DNA from: a bacterium
GTDB lineage: Bacteria; Patescibacteriota; Minisyncoccia; Moranbacterales; GWC2-37-73
Length of the DNA stretch: 64,000 bases
Reading direction: 5' to 3'
Assembly: GCA_037140955.1 (NCBI GenBank)
Contig: JBAXDL010000002.1
Span: 28,176 to 92,175, forward strand
Numbering within the stretch: position 1 is the first letter of the stretch; the number at the start of each line of letters is the position of its first letter. Made by a program: the position numbers and the translations under genes. Under the pieces are notes generated by a model that made no database searches, had not been told where the DNA came from, and saw only the letters and a list, made by a program, of their open reading frames with translations. Positions 28,066-38,184 of this stretch are shown one piece after another.

Positions 28066-28602
28066 TTACTTTGATGACTTCTTACCCTCTTTTCTTCTTA
28101 CATGTTCTCCAACATATTTAAATCCTTTTCCCTTGTATGGCTCAACTGGCTTAAGTGCTCTGATGTTAGCAGCAAATTGACCAACACTGTGCTTGTCATT
28201 TCCACTTACACTCATAACATTTCCTTCAATCACAACCTCAAGATCATCTGGAACAGTAACCACGACTGGATGTGAAAATCCGAGTGCAAGAGTAATTGTC
28301 TTTCCTGCGATAGCCATACGGAAACCAACTCCATTCAATTCAAGTTGTTTTTTGAATCCGCTCACCACTCCTTCAATCATATTTTCAATCCTACGAGCTG
28401 TAGTACCCCAAAGAGCTGGAACATTTTTCCCTCTGCCTTCCTTTTCAACTGTGAATTCTTTTTCTCCAAATTTAATCGAAACATCAAGATGATGTTCAAA
28501 TTTAAGTGTGCCTTTTGGGCCAACAACGGTAACAACATTTTTATCTGTAGTCACGCTCACACCTTCAGGGATAGCTACGGGTTTTTTTCCAATTCTACTC
28601 AT
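28066..28602 (-). CDS. rplF: 50S ribosomal protein L6
   Basis: MSRIGKKPVAIPEGVSV... two L6 repeats. Confidence 0.9.
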   Translation of the reverse strand: MSRIGKKPVAIPEGVSVTTDKNVVTVVGPKGTLKFEHHLDVSIKFGEKEFTVEKEGRGKNVPALWGTTARRIENMIEGVVSGFKKQLELNGVGFRMAIAGKTITLALGFSHPVVVTVPDDLEVVIEGNVMSVSGNDKHSVGQFAANIRALKPVEPYKGKGFKYVGEHVRRKEGKKSSK

Positions 28603-28609
28603 ATTATAT

Positions 28610-28693
28610 TAGTCAAAAGTCTTTCAAGTCTTTCAAGTCTTTCAAGCCAAAACATTTGCTTTATGGACTTTTTGACTTTCGACTTTATGGACT
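28610..28693. repeat. Intra-operon repetitive element, copy A (rpsH/rplF spacer)
   Basis: tagtcaaaagtc + 3x tttcaagtc + linker + ctttatggactttttgactttcgactttatggact. About 85% identical to copies B and C. Confidence 0.8.
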
Positions 28694-28706
28694 CGCTTAT
28701 TATTAT

Positions 28707-29111
28707 TTACCAAAGCTCACAAATTACCTCTCCACCTAGACCTAGTTTTCTTGCCTTATCTCCAGTCATCATACCTTGAGATGTTGAGATAATTGAGATA
28801 CCATATCCATTTTTGACACGCTTAATGTCAGTCTTTTTCACATAAATGCGCTGTCCTTGACGACTAACACGCTTAATTTCTCGAATTGCAGGATTTTTCT
28901 CAGTGTTTGAAACAACTTCATATTTCAAAACAATCTTAAGCACTGGAAAAGTTTCACCCATTTCTTTTTTCACAGATTCAATGAAATTTCTTTGCTCTAA
29001 AATTTTAGCAATAGACAGTTTCAATTTCGAAAAAGGCACTGACACTTCTTTGTGCTTTACCATCTGCGCATTTCGAATTCTTGTAAGCATGTCTGCTATT
29101 GGATCTAACAT
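28707..29111 (-). CDS. rpsH: 30S ribosomal protein S8
   Basis: MLDPIADMLTRIRNAQMVKH. Confidence 0.9.
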   Translation of the reverse strand: MLDPIADMLTRIRNAQMVKHKEVSVPFSKLKLSIAKILEQRNFIESVKKEMGETFPVLKIVLKYEVVSNTEKNPAIREIKRVSRQGQRIYVKKTDIKRVKNGYGISIISTSQGMMTGDKARKLGLGGEVICELW

Positions 29112-29157
29112 ATTCTAATTCTTTATCCTAATTATAATTATAAACACTTAAACATTT

Positions 29158-29343
29158 TTACCAACTGCTCTTTGTTACTCCTGGCAATTCACCTCTGCTT
29201 GCCAATTCTCGAAAACAAATTCTGCAGATATCGTAGGCACGAAGATAGCCATGCTTACGACCACATCGCCAACAACGGCGCACAATCCTGGTTGAAAACT
29301 TAGGTGTCTTCTCTGCTCGAGCTTCTGTAGATGTTTTAGCCAT
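29158..29343 (-). CDS. rpsZ: 30S ribosomal protein S14 type Z (Zn-binding, 61 aa)
   Basis: [21 protein letters not shown]4 zinc form. Confidence 0.9.
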   Translation of the reverse strand: MAKTSTEARAEKTPKFSTRIVRRCWRCGRKHGYLRAYDICRICFRELASRGELPGVTKSSW

Positions 29344-29364
29344 ATAAATTCTTATATCAATTAT

Positions 29365-29922
29365 TTATTCGCTTTTTAGCGGAAATCCTAGTAATTTAAA
29401 CAATTCCAAACCTTCTTTTTGACTGTGTGCATTTGTTGAAACGGTAATTTGCATTCCGAATGGGTATCTAACTTTTTCTGGAGATATTTCTGGGAAAATA
29501 ACATGTTCTTTAAGTCCAATGTTCAAATTTCCACCAGTATCCACAGCTTTCCTATTTATTCCTTGGAAATCTCTAGTTCGTGGAAGAGTAGCGCTAACAA
29601 CTCTATCAATAAATTGCCACATTCTAGCTCCTCGCAAAGTAACTTTCACTCCAATTTCCATTCCTTCACGAATCTTAAATCCAGAAATAGCTTTCTTTGC
29701 TTTTGTTTTTACTGGTTTTTGACCAGTAATTGCAGTAAGCGCAGCAACAACTTCCTCGATCTTATCATTTTCCTTAACAATTTTTCCTATTCCGACATTA
29801 ACAACAACCTTCTGAATCCGAGGAACAGCCATGACGCTTTTATAGCTAAACTTTTGTTTCATTTCAGCTACAGCTATTTTGATGTATTTCTCTTTTGCTG
29901 GAGTTATATTCATACGATTCAC
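29365..29922 (-). CDS. rplE: 50S ribosomal protein L5
   Basis: Position plus ...NLNIGLKEHVIFPEI... typical L5. Confidence 0.88.
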   Translation of the reverse strand: MNRMNITPAKEKYIKIAVAEMKQKFSYKSVMAVPRIQKVVVNVGIGKIVKENDKIEEVVAALTAITGQKPVKTKAKKAISGFKIREGMEIGVKVTLRGARMWQFIDRVVSATLPRTRDFQGINRKAVDTGGNLNIGLKEHVIFPEISPEKVRYPFGMQITVSTNAHSQKEGLELFKLLGFPLKSE

Positions 29923-29951
29923 TTAAGACAAATAAATTAGAAAACAAATTA

Positions 29952-30257
29952 TTACATTTCCTTACCACATTTTTTACAAACTCTCACTTTTTTCTCATTA
30001 ACAGTGGCATATGAAACTCTGGTTGCTTTGCCACATGCTGGGCAAATAATCATAGCATTTGAAGCATCAAATGGTGCTGCAATCTCAACTCGTTGCCCTT
30101 GCTGTCCTTCTCTACGAGCTTTTTGGTGCTTGGTCACGATATTGATTTTTTCAACCACAATTTTTCCCTCGCTTGGCACAGTTCTAACAACTTTTCCTTG
30201 TTTTCCCTTGTCCTTGCCAGCTATTTTTTTTACGAGGTCTCCTTTTTTAATTCGCAT
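29952..30257 (-). CDS. rplX: 50S ribosomal protein L24 (Cys4 zinc-ribbon C-terminal form)
   Basis: MRIKKGDLVKKIAGKDKGKQGKV... and a C-terminal CPACGK...CKKCGK. Confidence 0.88.
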   Translation of the reverse strand: MRIKKGDLVKKIAGKDKGKQGKVVRTVPSEGKIVVEKINIVTKHQKARREGQQGQRVEIAAPFDASNAMIICPACGKATRVSYATVNEKKVRVCKKCGKEM

Positions 30258-30294
30258 ATATTTTAGTCAAAAGTCTTTTTACAGACCACAATTA

Positions 30295-30660
30295 TTATAA
30301 TACTTCAGGTGCCAATGAAACAATCTTAGAAAATCCTTTTTCACGCAATTCTCTTGCAATTGGTCCAAAGATACGAGTTCCCTTTGGCTCCTTGTCATTC
30401 AAAATAACAGCTGCGTTCTCATCAAATCGGATATATGAACCATCTTTTCTGCGAATAGCCTTTTTTGTTCTCACTACTACAGCTCTAACCTTGTCTCCTT
30501 TTTTAACCAAACCTCTAGGTTCAGATGACTTTACAGAGCAAACAATAATATCACCAACAGAAGCATATCGTCTGCGAGATCCACCAAGCACTTTAAAGCA
30601 CTCAATGATTTTTGCGCCTGAATTATCAGCTGCCTTCAATTTTGTTTCTGCTTGAATCAT
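30295..30660 (-). CDS. rplN: 50S ribosomal protein L14
   Basis: [17 protein letters not shown]... Confidence 0.92.
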   Translation of the reverse strand: MIQAETKLKAADNSGAKIIECFKVLGGSRRRYASVGDIIVCSVKSSEPRGLVKKGDKVRAVVVRTKKAIRRKDGSYIRFDENAAVILNDKEPKGTRIFGPIARELREKGFSKIVSLAPEVL

Positions 30661-30666
30661 ATATTT

Positions 30667-30753
30667 TAGTCAAAAGTCTATCAAGTCTATCAAGTCTATC
30701 AAGCAAATGCATTTCTGCTTTATGAACTTTATGGACTTTCGACTTTATGAACT
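30667..30753. repeat. Intra-operon repetitive element, copy B (rpsQ/rplN spacer)
   Basis: tagtcaaaagtc + 3x tatcaagtc + ...ctttatgaactttatggactttcgactttatgaact. Confidence 0.8.
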
Positions 30754-30761
30754 GATATTAT

Positions 30762-31016
30762 TTATGCTATTACTTTGTGACTCTTGTCCTTGCTAATTGG
30801 TTTACACTGTGAAAATTCAACCTTATCTCCTTTTTTGAACTTATTATCCTCATCATGAACTTTGTATTTCACAGTTGAGCGATATTTTTTAAGATATTTA
30901 GGATGAGTTTTAAGAGACTCAACAGCAACAACAATTGTTTTGTCCATTTTGTCACTAACAACTATTCCTTTTTTCTTAGCTACTTTTTTCATAGTATTTG
31001 TCATATATCTTTTCAA
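30762..31016 (-). CDS. rpsQ: 30S ribosomal protein S17
   Basis: KKGIVVSDKMDKTIVVAVE...KYKVHDE. Confidence 0.88.
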   Translation of the reverse strand: MKRYMTNTMKKVAKKKGIVVSDKMDKTIVVAVESLKTHPKYLKKYRSTVKYKVHDEDNKFKKGDKVEFSQCKPISKDKSHKVIA

Positions 31017-31032
31017 TGCCTTCTAAAAATAA

Positions 31033-31227
31033 TTACTTTTGAACGCTACGCTCAGTTAAGATAGTAAGCGCGCGAGCAATGTCAGTCTTAATTGCGCGAT
31101 ACTGCCTATGATTCTTCATCTGACGAGCAGCAATGTCGAATCTAAGCTTAACAGCTTGAGTTCTTTTTTCAGCGAGCATTTTTTTCAATTGCTCAATGTT
31201 CATATCTCTAATTTCCTGAATTTTCAT
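31033..31227 (-). CDS. rpmC: 50S ribosomal protein L29
   Basis: MKIQEIRDMNIEQLKKMLAEKR... Confidence 0.85.
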   Translation of the reverse strand: MKIQEIRDMNIEQLKKMLAEKRTQAVKLRFDIAARQMKNHRQYRAIKTDIARALTILTERSVQK

Positions 31228-31233
31228 ATGCTT

Positions 31234-31319
31234 TAGTCAAAAGTCTTTCAAGTCTTTCAAGTCTTTCAAGCCGATGCATTTCTGCTTTATGGACTTTATG
31301 ACTTTCAACTTTATGGACT
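31234..31319. repeat. Intra-operon repetitive element, copy C (rplP/rpmC spacer)
   Basis: tagtcaaaagtc + 3x tttcaagtc + ...ctttatggactttatgactttcaactttatggact. Confidence 0.8.
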
Positions 31320-31329
31320 GCAATTATTC

Positions 31330-31743
31330 TTATTTTTCCTTAACTACAAACTTTGTCTTGATGTTTAGCTTATGTGAAGCTAGTCTCATTGCCTCCTTGG
31401 CAATTGCCTCAGTGATGCCATCCATTTCAAACAAAACTCTTCCTTGCTTAGTTTTTGCCACAAAGTGATCAACACTTCCCTTTCCTTTACCCATGGGAGT
31501 CTCATCACCTTTTTTGGTCATCGGCTTATCTGGAAAAATTCTGATCCAAATTTTACCACCGCGCTTAACGTATCTTGTCATTGCTCTACGAGCAGCTTCG
31601 ATTTGTCTTGCTGAGATTAATCCTGAAGTCATGGCCTTAAGACCAAAGCTACCAAAACTAACTGTGTTGCCAGTCTGAGCAACTCCACGGATTTCTCCGC
31701 CTCGGTGAATCTTCCTATGTTTAACTTTTTTCGGCATCAACAT
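31330..31743 (-). CDS. rplP: 50S ribosomal protein L16
   Basis: [16 protein letters not shown]... Confidence 0.9.
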   Translation of the reverse strand: MLMPKKVKHRKIHRGGEIRGVAQTGNTVSFGSFGLKAMTSGLISARQIEAARRAMTRYVKRGGKIWIRIFPDKPMTKKGDETPMGKGKGSVDHFVAKTKQGRVLFEMDGITEAIAKEAMRLASHKLNIKTKFVVKEK

Positions 31744-31813
31744 ATGCGTATCTTTTAATTCAAAATGTAAACTTTGATTTATTTGTTATTACTAGGCAGG
31801 CGATGACAGCAAT

Positions 31814-32461
31814 TTATTCTTTATTGAAAACTTCTCCCTTATAAAGCCAAGTCTTAACTCCAATTGCTCCATAGGTTGTAAAAGCTGTTGCTTTTGAGAA
31901 ATCAATATCAGCTCTAAGTGTGTGAAGTGGAACTGTTCCTCTTGAAAGCCATTCTCTTCTTGACATCTCAGCTCCTCCAAGTCTTCCAGAAACTTCAATT
32001 TTCACACCTTTGATATTCTTGTTCTTCTCAACTTGGTCCAACATTGATTTGAGAATTCTTCGAAATGGCACACGCTTTTCAAGTTGTTCAGCAACATTTT
32101 GAGCAACCAATGAGGCATTCTCTTCAAATTGTCGAACTTCTTGCGCCTCAATCTTAAGATCAACTTTCTTGCCAGCAAAGAATTTCTTCTTAATAACAGT
32201 ACTCATGTCACCAATACCAGTTCCACCCCTTCCAATCAATACTCCAGGACGAGATGTTTTGATAATCAATTTCAAGGTATTAGCATTTCTTTCAATTTCA
32301 ACATCAGCAATTGCTGCAGATTTCCACTTTTTCATTACAAACTCTCGAACTTGAACATCTTCCTTGAGTTTCTTCGTATAATCTTTGCCAGCAAACCACC
32401 TTGATTTCCATGTTGAGGTTATTCCTAGGCGCAGCCCTGTTGGATTGACTTTATGTCCCAT
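31814..32461 (-). CDS. rpsC: 30S ribosomal protein S3
   Basis: MGHKVNPTGLRLGIT... KH domain. Confidence 0.9.
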   Translation of the reverse strand: MGHKVNPTGLRLGITSTWKSRWFAGKDYTKKLKEDVQVREFVMKKWKSAAIADVEIERNANTLKLIIKTSRPGVLIGRGGTGIGDMSTVIKKKFFAGKKVDLKIEAQEVRQFEENASLVAQNVAEQLEKRVPFRRILKSMLDQVEKNKNIKGVKIEVSGRLGGAEMSRREWLSRGTVPLHTLRADIDFSKATAFTTYGAIGVKTWLYKGEVFNKE

Positions 32462-32530
32462 AATTTTATAAATCTCTAATTAACTGTATTTTTTATCACT
32501 TATTATTTTTAAACTTCTCTTTTGTCGAAT

Positions 32531-33100
32531 TTATGCTCCTGATTTTCTTTGAAAAACTTTTTTCAAAAATCCATTGTCTTGTCCTTTCTTAACAGTTTCT
32601 TTCTTGGCTGTAGTTTTTTTGACTGTAGCCTTTTCAACAACTGCATCTTGAATTTTTTCTTCCTTTTCAATCTCTTCCATTTCTTGCTTGATCATCTTTG
32701 CTCGAGCTGCCTCTCTTTCTGCGCGTTGTTTTTCCAATTCTTGTTTGGTTTTCTTGTTTTTTCCTTCAACTCTTTCTTCCAATTCCAGTTTGATATGAGA
32801 TGTTCGCTTCAAAAGCAATGTCGCTCTTCCTTGAGCTCTTGGTAGCCATCTTTTAAGCTTAGCACCTTCACCAACAAGAATACTACTTACAAACATGTTG
32901 TCTTTATCTAAACCAAAATTATTTTCAGCATTAGAAAGTGCGCTGTTTAATAATTTTTCCATTGGCTCGCTGGTCTTTTTAACAAGATGTTGCAGTTGAA
33001 CAAGCGCTGAACTTGCATTCATACCGACAATACTGTTTGTTACCAAGCGAACTTTTCTTGGAGATGTTCTTAAATTGTTGAGTGATGCTATTACTTTCAT
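32531..33100 (-). CDS. rplV: 50S ribosomal protein L22 with a roughly 75-aa Lys/Glu-rich C-terminal extension
   Basis: L22 core ...SPRKVRLV..., then the KQELEKQRAEREAARAKMIKQEMEEIEKEEK tail. Confidence 0.85.
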   Translation of the reverse strand: MKVIASLNNLRTSPRKVRLVTNSIVGMNASSALVQLQHLVKKTSEPMEKLLNSALSNAENNFGLDKDNMFVSSILVGEGAKLKRWLPRAQGRATLLLKRTSHIKLELEERVEGKNKKTKQELEKQRAEREAARAKMIKQEMEEIEKEEKIQDAVVEKATVKKTTAKKETVKKGQDNGFLKKVFQRKSGA

Positions 33101-33130
33101 ATATTATTCAAATTTACAGACTTGCAATTA

Positions 33131-33475
33131 TTATTTTTTCTTCTTTCCTGCTGGTTCAGCTTTTGCTGCCTTCAAAGCGTCTTGTTGTTTCTGCTTTGCA
33201 GCCTGCTCCATTTCTTTTTGCATCTTACCACCATGTCTTGTGAATTTACGTGTTGGTGAGAATTCTCCAAGTCTATGTCCAACCATTTCTTCAGTAACAT
33301 AAACTGCAGTGTGCTCTCTTCCATTGTGAACTCCGAAAGTAAATCCGATCATTTCAGGTGCAATTGTGCAAGCCCTGGACCAAGTCTTTATTGTTCCTTC
33401 GCCTGGTTTTGCATTAACAACCTTTTTCATTACTCGCGGATCAACATATGGCCCTTTTTTTAAACTTCTTGACAT
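33131..33475 (-). CDS. rpsS: 30S ribosomal protein S19 with Lys/Ala-rich C-terminal tail
   Basis: [12 protein letters not shown]...[13 protein letters not shown]. Confidence 0.9.
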   Translation of the reverse strand: MSRSLKKGPYVDPRVMKKVVNAKPGEGTIKTWSRACTIAPEMIGFTFGVHNGREHTAVYVTEEMVGHRLGEFSPTRKFTRHGGKMQKEMEQAAKQKQQDALKAAKAEPAGKKKK

Positions 33476-33535
33476 AATTTTCTTTAATTAGTTTATTAAT
33501 TCCTTAGTCTTTTCGGAGCTAAGAAACCATTTTAA

Positions 33536-34366
33536 CTATTTCTTAATTCTTCGTTTTACAATAAATTTGTCGCTATATCGGTTCTTCTTTCTTGTCTTCT
33601 TTCCAAGAGCAGGTTTACCCCAAGGAGTTTTTGGATACTTAAGTCCAATTCCTTGTTTTCCTTCTCCTCCTCCGTGTGGATGATCAACAGGATTCATCGC
33701 AGATCCACGAACTTCTGGTCTCTTTCCTTTCCATCTGTTTCTTCCAGCCTTACCAAGAGTTTCACTACTATGTTCGAAGTTACTTACTCTTCCAATTGTA
33801 GCATAACATTCCTTACTTACAATTCTAATTTCACCAGATGACATTTTTAGTTGTGCCATTTTTTCATCAATAGCCATCAAAGTTGCTCCACTTCCAGCAC
33901 TTCTAGTGATCTGACCACCTTTTCCAGCAATCAACTCAATGTTTGAAATAATAGTTCCTGATGGAATATTTCTAAGCACTGTTCTGTTCCCTTTTTTGAT
34001 TGGAGCATCAACTCCTGTCATAATTTCCATTCCAGCCTTCATTCCCTCAGTAGCCAAAACATATTTCTTGTCTCCATCAATATATGAAACAAGAGCAATC
34101 AAAGCGCTTCTGTTTGGATCTTTTTCAATTGAAACAATACGTCCCAAAATTCCAAATTTTTGCTGCTTAAAATCAACCAAGCGATATCGTCTCTTGTGTC
34201 CACCTCCTTGATGACGAGTAGAAATCTTTCCATGTGATCGCCCAGCTTTCTGAGTCATCGGTGCAAGCAAAGACTTCTCAGGTTTTCGGTCTGTCAAGTT
34301 ATCAGGTTTTACAATTGACATATTTCGTCTGCCAGCTGTATTTTTTTTGTATACTTTAATTGCCAT
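33536..34366 (-). CDS. rplB: 50S ribosomal protein L2
   Basis: ...GGGHKRRYR..., ...HPHGGGEGK... Confidence 0.92.
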   Translation of the reverse strand: MAIKVYKKNTAGRRNMSIVKPDNLTDRKPEKSLLAPMTQKAGRSHGKISTRHQGGGHKRRYRLVDFKQQKFGILGRIVSIEKDPNRSALIALVSYIDGDKKYVLATEGMKAGMEIMTGVDAPIKKGNRTVLRNIPSGTIISNIELIAGKGGQITRSAGSGATLMAIDEKMAQLKMSSGEIRIVSKECYATIGRVSNFEHSSETLGKAGRNRWKGKRPEVRGSAMNPVDHPHGGGEGKQGIGLKYPKTPWGKPALGKKTRKKNRYSDKFIVKRRIKK

Positions 34367-34404
34367 AATATTCTCTTACCTAAAATTTCAAATTATTGTA
34401 TTTA

Positions 34405-34806
34405 CTATACTGCTTGGAATAATTCAATCTTGCTTCCTTCTTTCAATGTCACTGTGGCTTTTTTGAAACCAGACTTAACGCCCATGTGTCTTCCATAAGC
34501 CTTTTTCTTTGGCTTAATGTTAACAACTGTTATCTTTGAAACTGCCACACCATATGTTCCTTCAATTGCTAGTTTTACTTGTTTTTTGGTTGAGCTCTTT
34601 ACTACCTTGAAAGTATATTTGTTGTCAGCAATTGCCTTGTGAGTTTTTTCAGTAATCCATGGTTCAATCAGTACGCGATATGCAACCTCAGCATTTTTTG
34701 CCACTGCAATAACCTCTTTCTTTGGAGCAGAAACCTTTTTAGTTGCTTTTGCAACAACTGATTTTGCTTTAGAAACTAATTCTTTTTTCTCTTCAATTAC
34801 TGCCAT
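34405..34806 (-). CDS. rplW: 50S ribosomal protein L23 (N-terminally extended)
   Basis: ...YRVLIEPWITEKT...YTFKVVKSSTKKQVK... Confidence 0.85.
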   Translation of the reverse strand: MAVIEEKKELVSKAKSVVAKATKKVSAPKKEVIAVAKNAEVAYRVLIEPWITEKTHKAIADNKYTFKVVKSSTKKQVKLAIEGTYGVAVSKITVVNIKPKKKAYGRHMGVKSGFKKATVTLKEGSKIELFQAV

Positions 34807-34856
34807 ATACTTTTTTTTATCCTAATTATTTCGTAATATTTATCCTAATATCAAAT

Positions 34857-35501
34857 TTATTCAACAACTTTCTTGTCTCCAAATTTTTCCTCCAAAAATT
34901 CGATTGAAGACTTGCTCAAAAGTAAGAACTTGTTATTAAGCAAATCCATTACATTCAAATCCTTTGTCATAATGTTCAAAGTATTTTTGAGGTTTCGACT
35001 GATCAATGATGTTTCCTTTTCATTTTCAGAAAGAGAAACCAAAATTTTTCCAGAAATTTTCAAATTCTTCAAAATTTGTTCAAATTCTTTAGTTTTAGCC
35101 TTAGCTACAACCAAAGAGTCAATCGCGATCAATGTTCCAGAGCGAAGTTTTTCAGAAATTGCAATCACTACAGCCTTTTGCTTCATTTTTTTGTTCAAGT
35201 CTCTTTTGAAATTTCTTTCATTTGTTGGACCAAAAGCAACACCTCCACCTCGCATCACAGGATTTCTTTTTTGTCCTTGTCGAGCTGATCCAGTTCCTTT
35301 TTGCTTGAATGGCTTCTTTCCTGATCCTGCAACTTCACTTTTATCCTTAGTGTGAGCAATTGGATTTCTTTGATTTCCAGCCATCACCATAAAAACCTGA
35401 TGCAGCAATTCATTGTTTGCCTTTGCACCAAAAACAGCATCTGAGATCTTCAGGTCCTCGATTTTTTTTCCTTCTTGATTGTGAATAGCAATTGTAGCCA
35501 T
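34857..35501 (-). CDS. rplD: 50S ribosomal protein L4
   Basis: Position plus ...GSGKKPFKQKGTGSARQG... Confidence 0.88.
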   Translation of the reverse strand: MATIAIHNQEGKKIEDLKISDAVFGAKANNELLHQVFMVMAGNQRNPIAHTKDKSEVAGSGKKPFKQKGTGSARQGQKRNPVMRGGGVAFGPTNERNFKRDLNKKMKQKAVVIAISEKLRSGTLIAIDSLVVAKAKTKEFEQILKNLKISGKILVSLSENEKETSLISRNLKNTLNIMTKDLNVMDLLNNKFLLLSKSSIEFLEEKFGDKKVVE

Positions 35502-35560
35502 AGTATTTCTAATATCTAATATCTAATTTTTTACTTCAATTCTGACTCTTGGGGATGAAA

Positions 35561-36127
35561 TTATCCTCTTAGTTCAACAATTCTACCAACTACACCAGGA
35601 ACAGCTCCCAAAACTCCCATAATATTTCTTTGTGCGTCGATGTATACAACCTTAATTCCCTTTGTTGTTGATCTTTTTCCACCCATGCGTCCAGCCATTC
35701 TTTTTCCTTTAATAACATGTTGTGGTTGCTGAGCTCCAATTGAACCTGGCGCTCTGTGATCATGCTTATGTCCATGAGTTGCAGGAGAACCAGCAAATCC
35801 GTGTCTTTTTACAACACCTTGAAATCCTTTTCCTTTGGCTATTCCACTAATTTGAACTTCATCACCTATTACAAAGCTTTCGATGCTAACTTTGTCACCA
35901 ACAGCTACTGTTGGATCAGTGTCCAAACGAAATTCTTTACGATGAGTAACCTTCTTGGTCTTGGCAAGTTCCAATTGAACAGCGCAGTATCCATTCTTTT
36001 CTTGAGTTCTTACAACTGAGACAACGTTTTCAGGGCATTCAATCAAAGTCACGTTCAAAGCACCAGCTGCTTGATCATACAGCGTTGTCATTCCCAATTT
36101 TTTCCCTAGAATATATTTTATATACAT
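35561..36127 (-). CDS. rplC: 50S ribosomal protein L3
   Basis: ...LGKKLGMTTLYD...KGKGFQGVVKRHGF... Confidence 0.9.
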   Translation of the reverse strand: MYIKYILGKKLGMTTLYDQAAGALNVTLIECPENVVSVVRTQEKNGYCAVQLELAKTKKVTHRKEFRLDTDPTVAVGDKVSIESFVIGDEVQISGIAKGKGFQGVVKRHGFAGSPATHGHKHDHRAPGSIGAQQPQHVIKGKRMAGRMGGKRSTTKGIKVVYIDAQRNIMGVLGAVPGVVGRIVELRG

Positions 36128-36309
36128 ATTGTTCTTAAATAAAGCGTTTCTTGATAAAAAAAATCTGGCCTCTCAGCCAGCACAACCCAAGATTTCTCTT
36201 GTATTGGCTAGTTGAGTATCCCAATTTACTGAGACTTTAACTAGTATTTTTCTGTTTTTCTAACTTATCTATATTAAACTATTTCTCAAAATAATGCAAG
36301 TCCTCCAAT

Positions 36310-36642
36310 CTACATCTTTATTTCCACATCAACACCTGCTGGCAAATCAAGACTTGTTAGGTTTTCAATCGTTTTTGGAGTTGGATCCCAAATATCAATC
36401 AAACGTTTGTGAATTCGCATTTCATATTGATCACGAGCATCCTTGTATACAAATGTTGATTTGTTTACTGTTACTTTGTGAATCTCAGTTGGAAGTGGAA
36501 CTGGACCAGTAAATTTTGAGCCACTACGTTCGACAGTTTCAGCAATCTTGCGTGCTGATTGATCAATGACCTTGCTGTCATACGCCTTAATTTTGATCCT
36601 GATTCTTGTAGCTTGTTCGTCTTGATTTTTTTTCGCAGCCAT
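36310..36642 (-). CDS. rpsJ: 30S ribosomal protein S10
   Basis: [22 protein letters not shown]...[17 protein letters not shown]. Start taken at the internal Met; the listed ORF is over-extended upstream. About 180 bp separates rpsJ from rplC. Confidence 0.85.
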   Translation of the reverse strand: MAAKKNQDEQATRIRIKIKAYDSKVIDQSARKIAETVERSGSKFTGPVPLPTEIHKVTVNKSTFVYKDARDQYEMRIHKRLIDIWDPTPKTIENLTSLDLPAGVDVEIKM

Positions 36643-36746
36643 CTGATTCTTGTATAATAAACGATTTAAATTACAATCTAAAGTTTTGTTCAGGTGAACA
36701 CTGGCAGACACAAGGATTAACTCGTGTCTGCTAAGTAAATCTGAAA

Positions 36747-37940
36747 CTATTTGATAATCTTTGTTGCAACTCCAGCACCAACAGTCTTTCCACCTTCGCG
36801 AATAGCAAAGCGCATTCCTTCTTGCATAGCTACTGGGGCAATCAACTTAATAACCAAGTTAATTGTATCTCCAGGCATAACCATTTCAGTTCCTTCTGGA
36901 AGCACAACTTCACCAGTAACATCAGTTGTTCGGATGTAAAATTGTGGTTTGTATCCTTTGAAGAATGGAGTGTGACGTCCGCCTTCTTCTTTGGTCAAAA
37001 TATAAATTTCACCTTCAAATTCTGTATGAGGAGTGATTGAACCAATCTTAGCCAAAACTTGTCCGCGTTCAACATCTTCCTTTTTGATTCCACGAATCAA
37101 AAGTCCAGCATTGTCTCCAGCTTGTCCTGAATCAAGTGATTTGTTGAACATTTCGATTCCAGTAACTGTAGTTTTTGCTGTTGGACGAAGACCAACAATT
37201 TCAACTTCTTCATTGATTTTGATTGTTCCTGATTCAATTCTTCCTGTTACCACTGTTCCACGACCTTCAATTGAGAAGATATCTTCAATAGGCATAAGGA
37301 ATGGTTTTTCTGTTTCACGAACAGGTTCAGGGATTTGAGCATCAAGTGCAGCCATAAGGTCATAGATTGGCTTCACAGCAGCATCATCAATTGAAGTAGC
37401 AGCCAAAGCTTGCGTTGCTGATCCTTTGATCACAGCAGCATTGTCTCCATCGAATTCATATTTTGAAAGAAGTTCACGAACTTCAGCCTCAACCAATTCA
37501 ATAAGCTCTTCATCATCAACCATATCAACCTTGTTAATAAAAACAACGATTGCAGGCACACCGATTTGTTTTGCAAGCAAGATGTGTTCACGTGTCTGAG
37601 GCATAGGGCCATCAGTTGCAGAAACAACCAAGATTGCTCCATCCATTTGAGCTGCACCAGTAATCATGTTTTTGATGTAGTCAGCATGACCTGGACAATC
37701 AACATGAGCGTAGTGACGAATGTCTGATTCATATTCACAATGTGAAGTAGCAATTGTAATTCCACGCTCTCTTTCTTCTGGAGCATTGTCAATTTCACCA
37801 ACTCCTCTTTCCTTTGCCATTCCTTTCAAAGACTGACCATGCAAAATAGCCGCGGTAAGAGTTGTCTTGCCGTGGTCAACGTGTCCGATTGTTCCAACGT
37901 TTACATGTGGTTTTGTTCTTTCAAACTTTGCTACTGCCAT
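36747..37940 (-). CDS. tuf: Elongation factor Tu
   Basis: [14 protein letters not shown]..., DCPGHADY..., NKVD... 397 aa with no in-frame stops under code 11. Confidence 0.95.
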   Translation of the reverse strand: MAVAKFERTKPHVNVGTIGHVDHGKTTLTAAILHGQSLKGMAKERGVGEIDNAPEERERGITIATSHCEYESDIRHYAHVDCPGHADYIKNMITGAAQMDGAILVVSATDGPMPQTREHILLAKQIGVPAIVVFINKVDMVDDEELIELVEAEVRELLSKYEFDGDNAAVIKGSATQALAATSIDDAAVKPIYDLMAALDAQIPEPVRETEKPFLMPIEDIFSIEGRGTVVTGRIESGTIKINEEVEIVGLRPTAKTTVTGIEMFNKSLDSGQAGDNAGLLIRGIKKEDVERGQVLAKIGSITPHTEFEGEIYILTKEEGGRHTPFFKGYKPQFYIRTTDVTGEVVLPEGTEMVMPGDTINLVIKLIAPVAMQEGMRFAIREGGKTVGAGVATKIIK

Positions 37941-38184
37941 AGTTTTTTTCTCGCTACTCTCTTTGAGCTGTTTTTTTGCTCAAAAGCGCGATTGTTTAAA
38001 GCTGATTTATTATTTATCTTATCACAAATTTACTCCAAAAAGTAAATTCAAAAATTCCTTTATTGGAAAATTAGATACTTAATTATTTTACACGAATTAA
38101 AAATACTGTCAAGAGCTTGAATAAGCTTTTTAGGCATTAGCTTCTTAACTTTTAGTTCTCTACTATTTTTGGCTTAAATAATGG

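Noticed and set aside
29952-30257. L24 C-terminal Cys4 ribbon as something unusual
   Set aside because: Zn-ribbon forms of L24, like the S14 type Z nearby, are known variants of ribosomal proteins and not novel.
28619-31270. Tandem 9-mers (tttcaagtc x3 and similar) considered as a possible CRISPR array
   Set aside because: The units are 9 bp, directly abutting with no spacers, and no cas genes are nearby. They are part of the composite intergenic repeat.
26608-37657. Dozens of 60-160-aa ORFs antisense to ribosomal-protein, tuf, secY and fusA genes
   Set aside because: They are shadow ORFs opposite highly conserved genes and have no independent support.
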